Virus record (IMG/VR): IMGVR_UViG_3300018080_000105 | Location: 64,001-128,000 of that record | Direction: 5' to 3' (one strand) | Source: a virus | Length of the DNA: 64,000 bases | In this document: in pieces, positions 1-9,507 of the stretch | How positions within the stretch are numbered: position 1 is the first letter of the stretch | Layout: each line of letters begins with the position of its first letter | The notes under the pieces: model-generated | What the model was told of the DNA's origin: nothing | Databases searched by the model: none | Seen by the model: the letters and a program-made list of their open reading frames with translations, nothing else | Made by a program: the position numbers and the translations under genes

Positions 1-1365
1 CATCTGAGTCATCACCCCTGTCTCATTCAACACTTCATTCGATACAGCGTCTGAAACCGCGCCTGCCGTTCCCGGTAGACCCCCGGCCGCGGCGGCAGGA
101 TCGGCCGTGTTCGGAGCCCCGGCAGGCGCATTCTGTGCGTTCGCCATGTAACGGTCTTTCCGCATGGCATCTGCTGTCTGCGGGTACCCAACTCCGCCAT
201 ACACTTCGTCTACAGCTTGTGCCCCGGCCGCCAAAGGAGCTGCTCCGCCTGCTCCACTGGCCGCAACGCCCATAGCCCCGTTTCCAAGTAACTGCCCGCC
301 TCTTGCAGCATTAGCCGCCAAACCACCGCCAGCCGCCAGCCGCGATGCGCCGAGCACTTTACCAGCCCCCGCAGCCAACCCGCCACCAGTTGCCAGCGTC
401 AACGCCGGCTCCGCGGCTGTATGTGTCCAGCCCAGCCCTGAATGCACTGCTCGCGACACTGGAGAGCCGCCCATTGAATTCGGTTGGTTGGCCATTTGAT
501 GGTGATGTGCTGCGGCTGTGTTGTTAGCACTCTGGGAACGCCCTTGCAACTGATGCTGCGTGTCGCCAAAGAAACCACGACCAGCATCCGTGCCCATTGG
601 GCGAGCGTAACTATCAGGACGCGACTCAACACTGTGCCCAAAGTTCGCACCGGTGACCATGTTCGGAAATGTCATCAAGTCTCGCGCCATCATCCGAGAA
701 TAATCACCACCGGCCTGGCCCCTCATCGCGTCAACGGCCACAGCAGGCAACGCCCCGAGCCCGGCCAACGCTGAGCGACCTGCTCCGGATACGTAGTCCA
801 TCGCGCCATGCTGTGGCTCATTGGCCTTGTAGTCGACAAACTCGCTGTCGCCCTGTGCGTTATTCTGTCGCGAGCCAACCAGGTGCTCTCGAACAGGTCC
901 ACTGCCAAACATCTCCCGCATGATATTACCCGGCATCTGATACCACTTCTCGGAAGCAGGAGCTACCTGGCTGCGAAGATCCCGCCCCTGCTGAGCAACT
1001 TGCCGCGTCATCATTTGACGGCTCTGCGGCCCGCTCCCGGGGCGCGCCGGCTTCGGGCGAGCTGCGGGTGCGCTGGTCGGTGCAGTCGTCGGAGCAGCCG
1101 ACGGAGCAGGAGGCATCTTGCTCTGCGGCATATTCTTAGCCGGAACAAACGCGCACTTCTCGAATTCGGCCCGAATCGCTGGATGTCGCTGCACGGCATC
1201 GATGCAGGCTTCCAGAATCTCCAAATCCGAGAGCCCCGCCTGGCCGCACTTCTCCAGGAAGCCTGCCACGAGACGGGACTTTGAGGAATCAATCGAAGCA
1301 ACGGCGTCGCGGCAACGGCGGTTCGTCGCCAGCTTCTGCAACTGCACAAGGCGTGGAGCAGACAC
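1..1365 (-). CDS. Gly/Ala/Gln-rich putative virion protein (runs off left edge; not in ORF track)
   Basis: Hand translation: AGGAGA SD then GTG at 1365, open to base 1 (MSAPRLVQLQKLA...GFLEKCG...EFEKCAF...GGLAAGAGKVLG...). The listed + ORF 164..499 is its antisense shadow. Confidence 0.7.
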   Translation of the reverse strand, partial: MSAPRLVQLQKLATNRRCRDAVASIDSSKSRLVAGFLEKCGQAGLSDLEILEACIDAVQRHPAIRAEFEKCAFVPAKNMPQSKMPPAPSAAPTTAPTSAPAARPKPARPGSGPQSRQMMTRQVAQQGRDLRSQVAPASEKWYQMPGNIMREMFGSGPVREHLVGSRQNNAQGDSEFVDYKANEPQHGAMDYVSGAGRSALAGLGALPAVAVDAMRGQAGGDYSRMMARDLMTFPNMVTGANFGHSVESRPDSYARPMGTDAGRGFFGDTQHQLQGRSQSANNTAAAHHHQMANQPNSMGGSPVSRAVHSGLGWTHTAAEPALTLATGGGLAAGAGKVLGASRLAAGGGLAANAARGGQLLGNGAMGVAASGAGGAAPLAAGAQAVDEVYGGVGYPQTADAMRKDRYMANAQNAPAGAPNTADPAAAAGGLPGTAGAVSDAVSNEVLNETGVMTQM

Positions 1366-1388
1366 GGCACTCTCCTGGTTGAGGGAAC

Positions 1389-1401
1389 GGTAAATAAGAA
1401 C
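1389..1401 (+). promoter_or_regulatory. Dispersed 13-mer GGTAAATAAGAAC, copy 1
   Basis: Exact copy; intergenic; sits in the loop of an AACGG/CCGTT hairpin (1386-1405). Confidence 0.7.
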
Positions 1402-1403
1402 CG

Positions 1404-1616
1404 TTATTCGGCGTCGTCTATCTGCAGCTCCACAGCTCGTGGCCGGTCGCCTTCGTCGTCAATTTCAAATGCCACCCTGGTGCCGATTGTCAGGTCTTCA
1501 AACATCCCTTTTTTCGGCAAAGCTGACGTGTGGAAAAAGACATCCTTGTCTGCTCCGTCCGGACGAATAAATCCATACCCGTTCGGCTGAAGGTTCACAA
1601 TCTTACCCGCAGGCAT
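1404..1616 (-). CDS. cspA: Cold-shock domain protein
   Basis: RNP1 GYGFI and RNP2 DVFFHTSA motifs; 70 aa. Confidence 0.9.
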   Translation of the reverse strand: MPAGKIVNLQPNGYGFIRPDGADKDVFFHTSALPKKGMFEDLTIGTRVAFEIDDEGDRPRAVELQIDDAE

Positions 1617-1644
1617 CTCGATCTCCGATACAATCCGTTGTTTA

Positions 1645-2643
1645 TCAAAGCCTGGCGTACGAGTATTCCGGGGTCTCCGACCGGCGGAGTTCAGGTAGAT
1701 ACGTCAGACATGCGTCTTCAACCGCCTCCCGGAACATGCTGCCTCGGATCCACCAGGTATCGAGTCCCCGCAGGTACTCGTGTGCCTGAAGAATCCTCTT
1801 CTCAGTCAGCAGATCAGGAATCTGGCCGAATTCTTCATAAAATAGAGGGTAGTCTTTCCCAAGGTAGTATTCCGGACCTGGTTGACGATTGATACAGATG
1901 GGAGTTTCTCTTGCGATGCACTCCACAACCGTGTTATTCGCCACCGCGGCCAGCACTTCCATGAGAACGACGTTCTCCGACAAAAGCAAATCGTACTCGG
2001 TATCAGGCACAAAGTGCAAGGTATTCACCTTACCAACGGATTCCCGCCGCCCTGCACCTTTCCCGTAATAGTCACGGCAAAGATCCTGCGCGTGCGACGC
2101 CCAGTAAGAATTCGAGACTAAATGCGTTTTTTGAAGCCAAGCCGGCGTTTTCGCATGCTCGATTGCAGCGACGTTACGGAGAAACCACCCCACCTGCAGA
2201 ATCTGTCGAACAGAGTTTCTGCGGAAGCGATCCGGAGACCACCTCGCCAACGGTAAACCCGTCGGGTGACGGACGGCGACAGCCGGAACTTGCGGCCATT
2301 TCTGACGACACCAAGCGGCTTGCTCTTCGCTGAAACACAGTAGGAGCCGCAGCTGGGGCAAACTTTTGAGCCAACGCTGGTCGTTGTCCAGCCGCGAGAG
2401 GTGGAGTTTCTGAAAGTACCAATCCGGCATAGCAGGCGGATGGTGAAGAAAGCCAATCCACGGAGTACGGTGATAAAAACCTTCGTGCCAGTGTGCGTCG
2501 TACAGAAATGTTCTTTCAACGAAATCATCGAGCAGCACCTCCGCGTCCGCGTCCAGCAGCGGCGACAATGCTTCCAGACAATAGGGCCACCCACTCCGGT
2601 GCTCCCCGTCTCCAACCTTCTGCAGATCAACCAGCCTGAGCAC
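1645..2643 (-). CDS. Glycosyltransferase-like protein (GT-B-type C-terminus)
   Basis: HRSGWPY N-terminus; NNTVVECIARETPICIN resembles the GT-B donor-binding segment; cluster context. Confidence 0.5.
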   Translation of the reverse strand: MLRLVDLQKVGDGEHRSGWPYCLEALSPLLDADAEVLLDDFVERTFLYDAHWHEGFYHRTPWIGFLHHPPAMPDWYFQKLHLSRLDNDQRWLKSLPQLRLLLCFSEEQAAWCRQKWPQVPAVAVRHPTGLPLARWSPDRFRRNSVRQILQVGWFLRNVAAIEHAKTPAWLQKTHLVSNSYWASHAQDLCRDYYGKGAGRRESVGKVNTLHFVPDTEYDLLLSENVVLMEVLAAVANNTVVECIARETPICINRQPGPEYYLGKDYPLFYEEFGQIPDLLTEKRILQAHEYLRGLDTWWIRGSMFREAVEDACLTYLPELRRSETPEYSYARL

Positions 2644-3388
2644 GAAGATTCTCCACGATGTCGGCGTAAGTGGTCTTCAGCATGTTGTCCACGTACGCAC
2701 GCTCAACGTCATCAAGATTTCTCGCTCCAGATTTCCGCTTCATCACATGCTTCTCGGACCAAGTATTGTGCCCGTGGTAACAACGGAAATACATACACGC
2801 ATCGTTCCTCAGAATCTGCACTCCGATGTGCTCTCGCAGCGCCAAGATAAACTCTGTGTCTTCCGCTTTGCCTTTGCACGGGAATTCTACCCCGGAATCG
2901 GCAGGCCACAGCATTGTCCCGGGAAACCCCCTACAACGGATCTCCTGTCCGTCATTCACAAACGCCTGGCCTGTCTTCAGATTGCAGTGGATCTCGTGAC
3001 GAAAGATCGAACAGCCGCCAGGACTGGTCTGAATGACTTGATACGCCAAGCGATCAGGATGTGAGTAGTCGTCATCGTCCCATTGGACAATGTAATCGGT
3101 TTCGGCAAGCACGATCCCGATATTACGCAGCTCACCAAGTGTGTACTTTCTCTTGCCTTTGACCGGCTGATCTTCTGGCAACCCGATGCGGTACTCGATC
3201 ACGCCCTCGGGGCACTCGCCGTCAGCAAACAACGGCACGTCCGGGTGGTCATTGATCACCATCAACACCCGCTCACCGGGGTAGTTTTGGTTCTGCCAGG
3301 CTTCGACCGCCTTCATCGCCAACGGATATCTCGCTGACGTTTTCCCGGTCACCAGCACACCTGTCACGCTTGTCTCGTTCGGGTTCAT
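2627..3388 (-). CDS. Glycosyltransferase family 2 (GT-A)
   Basis: YIVQWDDDDYSHPDRLAYQ DxD motif. Confidence 0.8.
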   Translation of the reverse strand: MNPNETSVTGVLVTGKTSARYPLAMKAVEAWQNQNYPGERVLMVINDHPDVPLFADGECPEGVIEYRIGLPEDQPVKGKRKYTLGELRNIGIVLAETDYIVQWDDDDYSHPDRLAYQVIQTSPGGCSIFRHEIHCNLKTGQAFVNDGQEIRCRGFPGTMLWPADSGVEFPCKGKAEDTEFILALREHIGVQILRNDACMYFRCYHGHNTWSEKHVMKRKSGARNLDDVERAYVDNMLKTTYADIVENLRAQAG

Positions 3389-4479
3389 TCGTGGCCCCTT
3401 ATCCGTTTCGTACCAGCGGCGCGGATAAACGACATCAAAGAATCGTAATTGGTAATTGATTCCTCGATGGGTCCGCCAAGTTTCACAGACGTAGGCGCCA
3501 TATCAACAGGTTCAACACCCAGGTACTTCTGCATCCGCGTGAATTCTATCTCCGGCTGTTCACACACGTCTTCGTAGTACACCACAAGACAATCCGGATA
3601 GTATTGATCCACTTTCTTCCACAACTGCCTCGCCGACTTCGCGTCCCTGTACAGCTTGATCGGATCAACGGTAATCTTCGGGCGTTCTGGCTTCTCGCCG
3701 TCAAACTTATTCCAGACTTGTGACTGCTTTGCCTGCAAATGCGAAACATACCGAGCCAGCAAGTCACGCCGCCGTAAGCTGATCATCGGCGTATTCTGCG
3801 GCACGTTCTGCCACAGATGCCTGTACTTCTTCGAGGGCTTGAACTGTGACGGCCCTTCGTAACCAATGTAAGCGTGGGCAGCAAAACCGTGCTGCGGACT
3901 CCTCCAAAAGGCTTCCAGCACCTGCTGCACATTATCAAAGCCATGCTTCCCGTTGTCACTGTCAGGCACAAAGACTTCCCCGTACACCTCCAGTGCCGGG
4001 TTCTGTGACAAGGCAGTCACGAGCATGTGCGTGCCGCACCGTGGATACGAACTGATGATGAAGCCGGGATCTTTCGATTCCGTCACTGCCATCTCGGTCA
4101 AGTCGTAATTGATACAGAATGCTTTTCCGCCGAACGCCAACACACGCCGCCGACTTTCGCTCACAGGTAAGGCAGCGTGATCATGGAACGTGAAGATGTA
4201 ATCGAACTGGTTGCACCCCGTGGCACTCAGAAACCCATCCGCAGGCATGAACACCAGTTGATGCTCCTGCAAATGATGTGAGGCTTCCGGTGCGTACCAG
4301 TCTTCCCGGATCGGCCACACTTCTGCCGATTTTTTTCTGAACCAGTTGTCGATCTCATTACTGCAAGACTTCAACACCAGTACACGTTTCCCGACCAGAT
4401 TCACGTCGTGTTCTTTCAACAACGCATCCAACCGTTCCAGGCCCGCACTGTCTTTCGTTACTTGTTCAGGACTCGTCAT
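3385..4479 (-). CDS. Stf0-like sulfotransferase with an N-terminal extra domain
   Basis: 5'-PSB loop SYPRCGTHML, GEVF, 3'-PB LRRRDLLARYVS, YYEDV. Start moved to ATG 4479 (GGAGA SD). Confidence 0.75.
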   Translation of the reverse strand: MTSPEQVTKDSAGLERLDALLKEHDVNLVGKRVLVLKSCSNEIDNWFRKKSAEVWPIREDWYAPEASHHLQEHQLVFMPADGFLSATGCNQFDYIFTFHDHAALPVSESRRRVLAFGGKAFCINYDLTEMAVTESKDPGFIISSYPRCGTHMLVTALSQNPALEVYGEVFVPDSDNGKHGFDNVQQVLEAFWRSPQHGFAAHAYIGYEGPSQFKPSKKYRHLWQNVPQNTPMISLRRRDLLARYVSHLQAKQSQVWNKFDGEKPERPKITVDPIKLYRDAKSARQLWKKVDQYYPDCLVVYYEDVCEQPEIEFTRMQKYLGVEPVDMAPTSVKLGGPIEESITNYDSLMSFIRAAGTKRIRGHE

Positions 4480-5194
4480 CAATAATCTCCTGGACGAAAT
4501 TCCAGTAATCAGTTTCCCGAAAAGCATCCACAAGTTGTTTCCAGTTGCGCACTCTTTCAGACATGGGTCTATCGCCCTGCTTTAATGTTGCCGGCGTCAG
4601 CTGCTTTGGGCTGACGCCGGCCCCCGTTTGAATTTTTTTCATCTGAGCATCCCAGTCAGCCCGCAGTTCTTCGTAAGAAACTCGATGAGTCCACACTCCT
4701 CGGCTCGCAGCTTGCTCCTGTACGCGTTTTGCCTCTTTATCCGCTCGCTGGAAAATCCGAATCTGCTCAATCATCAGCCACGGAGGACACCGCAACGTTC
4801 CCTGGTTCTGTTTGTACTTGTACTGGTCGAAATGACCGGACATTTCAGCCTCCAGCCGACTGATGGCCTGTCGCAGCTTGTTCTTGCGGTACAAGAACAG
4901 CATTGGAGACACCGTCGTCGGCAGATGCCGCCGTTGCAGCACCACCTGAGCCTGCCAGCCAGGCCACAACCCTGGTAGGTCATGCGGGTCGTACAAGTGG
5001 ATCGTGAAGTGCTTGTTTCGGGCTACCAGCTCCTGTGCCACTTTTACCTGGCCCTGCAGCGCACTGTACTCCCTTGGCAACTTTGGATTGGCAAGCCCGT
5101 TGAAGATCTCTGTGGCCACCTTCAACTTCGGGTGACGATTGAGAGCCGTACGGACCATGTGAGTGCCAGATCTCGGTTGTGAAACAATAATCAC
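4466..5194 (-). CDS. Stf0-like sulfotransferase
   Basis: SQPRSGTHMV, TEIF, LYRKNKLRQAIS, SYEEL. Confidence 0.75.
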   Translation of the reverse strand: MIIVSQPRSGTHMVRTALNRHPKLKVATEIFNGLANPKLPREYSALQGQVKVAQELVARNKHFTIHLYDPHDLPGLWPGWQAQVVLQRRHLPTTVSPMLFLYRKNKLRQAISRLEAEMSGHFDQYKYKQNQGTLRCPPWLMIEQIRIFQRADKEAKRVQEQAASRGVWTHRVSYEELRADWDAQMKKIQTGAGVSPKQLTPATLKQGDRPMSERVRNWKQLVDAFRETDYWNFVQEIIDDES

Positions 5195-5901
5195 GCCTGT
5201 CCTACCTCCTGCCGGCTTTCGGCAAACCTAAAATAATCACCCAATTTTCCGACCCAAAAGACGTTCCGTAACTCTTCGTAGTTACCCACGATCTCTTGAA
5301 TCGGCCGCTGCTCCTGCTTACTCGTGGTAGGGCGTACCGGTTGCGGGTCCGCCCCGATGGCCTTCTGCAGCATGGCCATATTCTCGTCCCAGTTTTCGAC
5401 CAAATCTTCGTAGTTGATGTAGATGGCGTCAGGGAACAATTCGCGAGACGCCGCAAAAGACTTCTCAGCCATCTTCAACTCATGTTCGACCTCAAATGTC
5501 TCCAAGATCGGCGCGCCCAACGCTCGCTGATCCTCGTTTTTGAAAGTCTGCCACTTTCGCGTAACACGGGCCGTACATACGCTGAACACCCTGCGGAGCA
5601 AATCCTTCCGTTCCAGGCAAATCACCAACGGTTGCTCCTGCTGCAGGACAGGCCAAAGATCTGCCCGAATCTGCGAGAGATTAGACCGCTCGCCTGTGTA
5701 CCCGTGAACAATGAACCCCTCCCCAGGGCCAGTAAATCGTTTGTAGATACCAGCTGCACCTTCGCGACGAAGGACATGCAAGGGCGTAACGTCCTTGTTC
5801 ATCACCTCGCTGTGACACGTAATCTGTGGATGGCGGTCCAGCGCCGTCCGCAGCATGTGGGTACCACACCGCGGGAACGAACGAATGACAAACGGTCTCA
5901 T
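5191..5901 (-). CDS. Stf0-like sulfotransferase
   Basis: SFPRCGTHML, SEVM, LERKDLLRRVFS, NYEDL. Confidence 0.8.
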   Translation of the reverse strand: MRPFVIRSFPRCGTHMLRTALDRHPQITCHSEVMNKDVTPLHVLRREGAAGIYKRFTGPGEGFIVHGYTGERSNLSQIRADLWPVLQQEQPLVICLERKDLLRRVFSVCTARVTRKWQTFKNEDQRALGAPILETFEVEHELKMAEKSFAASRELFPDAIYINYEDLVENWDENMAMLQKAIGADPQPVRPTTSKQEQRPIQEIVGNYEELRNVFWVGKLGDYFRFAESRQEVGQA

Positions 5902-6665
5902 AGCGGCTTCCCGTCAGGGTCTACAGGTTGCTTGCATTCTCCTGCGTTAAGCATCAGCGAGCCATACAGCTCGTCATGATGGAGGAAGGATTCCTGCAGC
6001 ACTAAAGTATTGAGTTCATTGACCAGAAACAAATCACATGGCATACCGTGGCCGTGGCCGGCGGCTACCCACTTATCGCGGGCAGACGGTCCGGCCAAAT
6101 AACCGAGGCACCCCATGTGCCAGCGAAACAGGTAGTCTCCGTACTTCTCTGGGAATAACCGAGCCAACGGTCGGAGGAATGCCTGATGCCCGGGGCCTGT
6201 CTGCTTCTGAACGGACAGTTCGCCATAGGGGTACCCAGCCAGCCAACGGCAGGTTTCAAAAGGAGTCGTTTCGCGGCCGTGGAAGCTGACCGCGTCGTAT
6301 TGAGGTTCGTCTCGCAGTAATCGCGCACACGCCCGGATATTGGCCAACACCAACTCCGGGGTCGTGTCCTTCCGTAAACTCATATCATCTTCAAACACGA
6401 GCGTGCAACGATCCGGGTCCGCGTTCCGAAGCATTTCCTGATGACCACGGAATGCCCGGTACTGTCGGAGCGCATAGCCGCGGACCAGCGGCCTGTACGA
6501 ACGGTCTTCCTGCCACTCCGGGTGGTCGGGCGGCATTTCCCAGTCCGGGTTCACGAACTCGGAATACGGCCAGTCCAGCTGTTTGAGTGTCTGGCAAGTC
6601 AACGACACCTTAGACGGGTGCGTCATCACTACGATTTCAACATCATCCCACACCGATGCCATCAC
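5898..6665 (-). CDS. Glycosyltransferase family 25-like
   Basis: GHQEML...TLVFEDD and GCLGY...P.D pattern of GT25. Confidence 0.55.
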   Translation of the reverse strand: MMASVWDDVEIVVMTHPSKVSLTCQTLKQLDWPYSEFVNPDWEMPPDHPEWQEDRSYRPLVRGYALRQYRAFRGHQEMLRNADPDRCTLVFEDDMSLRKDTTPELVLANIRACARLLRDEPQYDAVSFHGRETTPFETCRWLAGYPYGELSVQKQTGPGHQAFLRPLARLFPEKYGDYLFRWHMGCLGYLAGPSARDKWVAAGHGHGMPCDLFLVNELNTLVLQESFLHHDELYGSLMLNAGECKQPVDPDGKPL

Positions 6666-7432
6666 TTATTCTCCAGCGTTCGTGGCGTCCAATGCCCGGC
6701 CGCCCGGTCGCGGCGAGTCAACTCGACAAGACCCGGCGGTTTGAAGTAGCCCTTTGCCTTGTCCGGGATCTTCTCAAAAACTTCCGGCTCAACGTCACGG
6801 TGTCGTGCCCAGGCAATATGTCCAGGCGTGAACGTGTAGTACAGGAGCTGTCGGAAGTTGGAGTTATTGGGCGTACCGTGGATCAATGCGTCTGCGAAGA
6901 TCAGGATTTGCCCTGCTTTCAGTCCCGGGCAATACAGTTCGTCCGGGGAGCGCTTCGGCATCTTCGTGCGAAATGCCCTGTTACTGGTATGGCTGCCGGG
7001 AATGACGCCCGGCCCACATTGGTCGTGAAGCGCAATGCCGACTTTCAGGTTTGAAGCCTGTCGCACATAGCCCTGTGACTGATAGTACACAGACCCTCGC
7101 TCACTGAACGGGCCGCCATGCACATTGGGGCGGGCACCTTCACCGGGATAGGTGAGCAGGAAGTGATTATCCAGTCTCGCATGATCGCCGCACAGGATAT
7201 GGACAACGCGACGAATCCGGGGGTCCTGCATAACCCAGGTGAACAGGTTAGGCTCCAGATGAATGCACTCCGCTTTCTGTGGCCATTCAATGCCCTTCGG
7301 CCGCTCTTCGGGTGGGAGCTTCAACGGCTCGATCAGTGTTTTGTACTGATCGACCAACTCTGCAGAGACACCTTTTCGCAGAACAGCGTACCCCTGCTCG
7401 TCAATCTGCCCGACAATCTTCTCGGCGTTCAC
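6662..7432 (-). CDS. Phytanoyl-CoA dioxygenase (PhyH)-family Fe/2OG enzyme
   Basis: EQGYAVL, NVHGGP, VIPGSH, AGQILIFADALIHG. Start moved to GTG 7432, which overlaps the upstream TGA and aligns with the paralog N-terminus. Confidence 0.8.
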   Translation of the reverse strand: MNAEKIVGQIDEQGYAVLRKGVSAELVDQYKTLIEPLKLPPEERPKGIEWPQKAECIHLEPNLFTWVMQDPRIRRVVHILCGDHARLDNHFLLTYPGEGARPNVHGGPFSERGSVYYQSQGYVRQASNLKVGIALHDQCGPGVIPGSHTSNRAFRTKMPKRSPDELYCPGLKAGQILIFADALIHGTPNNSNFRQLLYYTFTPGHIAWARHRDVEPEVFEKIPDKAKGYFKPPGLVELTRRDRAAGHWTPRTLENK

Positions 7433-8181
7433 TTTGCTGCTCCTATCGAGGGCTCTGCCCACTGGAGTTTCCAGCGATCGTCTTTGCCCCACTGCACCAA
7501 ACCAGGAGGCCGAAAATATCCACGAATCTCTTCCGGCAATTTTTGCATCACTTCCGCCGGCCACGGCTCATAGCGCGCCCACGCCACATGCCCCGGAGTG
7601 AATGTGTAGTAAAGCATCTGGCGAAAGCCATCAACATCGGGAGTGCCGTGGAACAACGCATCTGTGAAAATGACAATCGCTCCCGGCTTCATGCCCGGAA
7701 CAACCAATTCGCGGAAATGTCGCCGTCGCCGTTCCTGCGGATAGGCCTCGTCGATCTTATGCGTACCAGGAATAACGCCGGGACCGCCTTGCCGCTGTAG
7801 CGCGATGCCAATCTTCAGATTCGAGGTCAGCTTGATCCCACCTTGTGTATGGTAGTGCACGGCACAATGTTCGCTGAAGGGGCCGCCGTGGACATTCGGT
7901 TTCAACTTGCCACCGGGATACGACAACAAGAAATGATGGTCCAGGCGAGCATGGTCACCACAAAGCCCTCGAATGACTTTTTGCAACCGTTTCTGGAGAA
8001 GAACCTGAGTGAAAGCAACCGGATCGAGATGCAGTACGTCCGCTTTGTGAGACCAACCGCCTTTTGGTTTTACCTGTTGAATCAATTCCAGGTATTTGGC
8101 GACCAACTCCGGCCCCACGCCTTTCTGGAGCACAATGTACCCTTGCTCGTCAATCCGTTGCACAATCTGCTCAGCATTCAC
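7429..8181 (-). CDS. PhyH-family Fe/2OG enzyme (tandem paralog)
   Basis: EQGYIVL, NVHGGP, VIPGTH, PGAIVIFTDALFHG. Confidence 0.8.
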   Translation of the reverse strand: MNAEQIVQRIDEQGYIVLQKGVGPELVAKYLELIQQVKPKGGWSHKADVLHLDPVAFTQVLLQKRLQKVIRGLCGDHARLDHHFLLSYPGGKLKPNVHGGPFSEHCAVHYHTQGGIKLTSNLKIGIALQRQGGPGVIPGTHKIDEAYPQERRRRHFRELVVPGMKPGAIVIFTDALFHGTPDVDGFRQMLYYTFTPGHVAWARYEPWPAEVMQKLPEEIRGYFRPPGLVQWGKDDRWKLQWAEPSIGAAK

Positions 8182-8233
8182 TTAGCTTCTCCTGCTGTGA
8201 GGCGTCCGCAGTTTAGCAGCCCATCAACAGAGT

Positions 8234-8818
8234 TCAACTGGCGACATAAGTGAACAGAAAGTGCTCTCGCAGATTCCTTTGCAGTGTCTGGCAATGCACA
8301 CGCTGAATCCGATCAATATCGGAAAACTTCTCGTGCAACTGTTCTTCGTTCTCAAACACCTGTAGGTGAGCATGGTATGGCATGTTGACCGGGCAAGTCG
8401 CGACCACAACGCCTAAACACAGCCTCTTCATCTCTTCCCAGATCTTTTCCGGGTATTCGAGATGCTCCAACAGCTCACAGCACCAGATCAGTTCATAGCC
8501 AGGATTCACCGAGGGTAACGCGTCATACAGATCCGCGGCCCAAAACGCAGGACGGTCACCCTCTTCAGGATGACCGTACTTTTCGCGTGCTTTGAAAATT
8601 CGCTGAGCGGAGTAATCAATCCCACAGTATTCCATACCGCGACGAGTGGCGTACTCAGACGCTCTGCCATCCCCGCAACCTACGTCCAGCATTGCGCCAG
8701 ACTCGGGTGCGTCAGCCAGTGCCATCAATCGTTCCAGATCGGGACCGGCCGGGCTGTAGTAATTCAATTTGCCGTCGTAATACGACTGCAGCTCTGCTTC
8801 TTTCGGGCGTGGGATCAT
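8234..8818 (-). CDS. Class I SAM-dependent methyltransferase
   Basis: MLDVGCGDG, GIDYS, ELLEHLEYP. Confidence 0.85.
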   Translation of the reverse strand: MIPRPKEAELQSYYDGKLNYYSPAGPDLERLMALADAPESGAMLDVGCGDGRASEYATRRGMEYCGIDYSAQRIFKAREKYGHPEEGDRPAFWAADLYDALPSVNPGYELIWCCELLEHLEYPEKIWEEMKRLCLGVVVATCPVNMPYHAHLQVFENEEQLHEKFSDIDRIQRVHCQTLQRNLREHFLFTYVAS

Positions 8819-8836
8819 GCTTCCTGCTCCACGGAG

Positions 8837-9091
8837 TTATGCTTCCTGCTCTTCTTCCTTCTTCGGCAGCATGCTTTTTACAGCTTTGTGGCCAGAATTA
8901 CCACCGAGCAGGTGACCAAGGACCGCCTGTTTCGTCTGCGGTGTGTGCCGAACATGCGGCTGCGGCATCAACCGGCCGGGTTTTCCGGACAGAGTATAAG
9001 ACCGAGCTGTCTTTACTGGCGTCGTCGAAGCCACCGACATCGCTTTGGCGGCCTGTCGTCCCAGATCTGACGCAAACTTAGCAGTATCCAT
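8837..9091 (-). CDS. Small hypothetical (virion-like) protein
   Basis: MDTAKFASDLGRQAAKAM...; start 3 nt after the upstream stop. Confidence 0.45.
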   Translation of the reverse strand: MDTAKFASDLGRQAAKAMSVASTTPVKTARSYTLSGKPGRLMPQPHVRHTPQTKQAVLGHLLGGNSGHKAVKSMLPKKEEEQEA

Positions 9092-9093
9092 GC

Positions 9094-9498
9094 TTAGCCC
9101 TTTGGTTTCGGAGGAGGTGTCGGTCGTGGATCTTTCGGGTTGATGAACCAACGATACTCTTGTTTTGTCATGATCGGGAAGACACGCTTGTCGGCGTAAC
9201 CACCCCATCGTTTAACAGCCCGCTGCTCATTGCCACGAACACGGACGAGGATTGTACAAGGAACAGACTTAACATCCCAGAGCTGAACCAAATCCTTCCG
9301 TTTGTCGACATCGACCGCCACGTCCGCGTAACCCCACTTCTTCAGGATTTCGTCAATGTCGGCTTTGTCGTAGACCGCGTCCTGCACACGGCACGGCCCG
9401 CACCATGTAGCTTTGAACCGCAGGAGCATGTAACTGTCAGCCATCACAGGCGACATCGTCAGGAACACAAACAGTGCTGCAATCAGGCGACTCGTCAT
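9094..9498 (-). CDS. Thioredoxin-family protein with signal peptide
   Basis: WCGPC active site, VDVD, VPCTI; hydrophobic N-terminus. Confidence 0.8.
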   Translation of the reverse strand: MTSRLIAALFVFLTMSPVMADSYMLLRFKATWCGPCRVQDAVYDKADIDEILKKWGYADVAVDVDKRKDLVQLWDVKSVPCTILVRVRGNEQRAVKRWGGYADKRVFPIMTKQEYRWFINPKDPRPTPPPKPKG

Positions 9499-9507
9499 GG
9501 CTGGACC

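Noticed and set aside
164-499. + strand Pro/Ala-rich ORF
   Set aside because: Antisense shadow of the Gly/Ala-rich - strand gene 1..1365.
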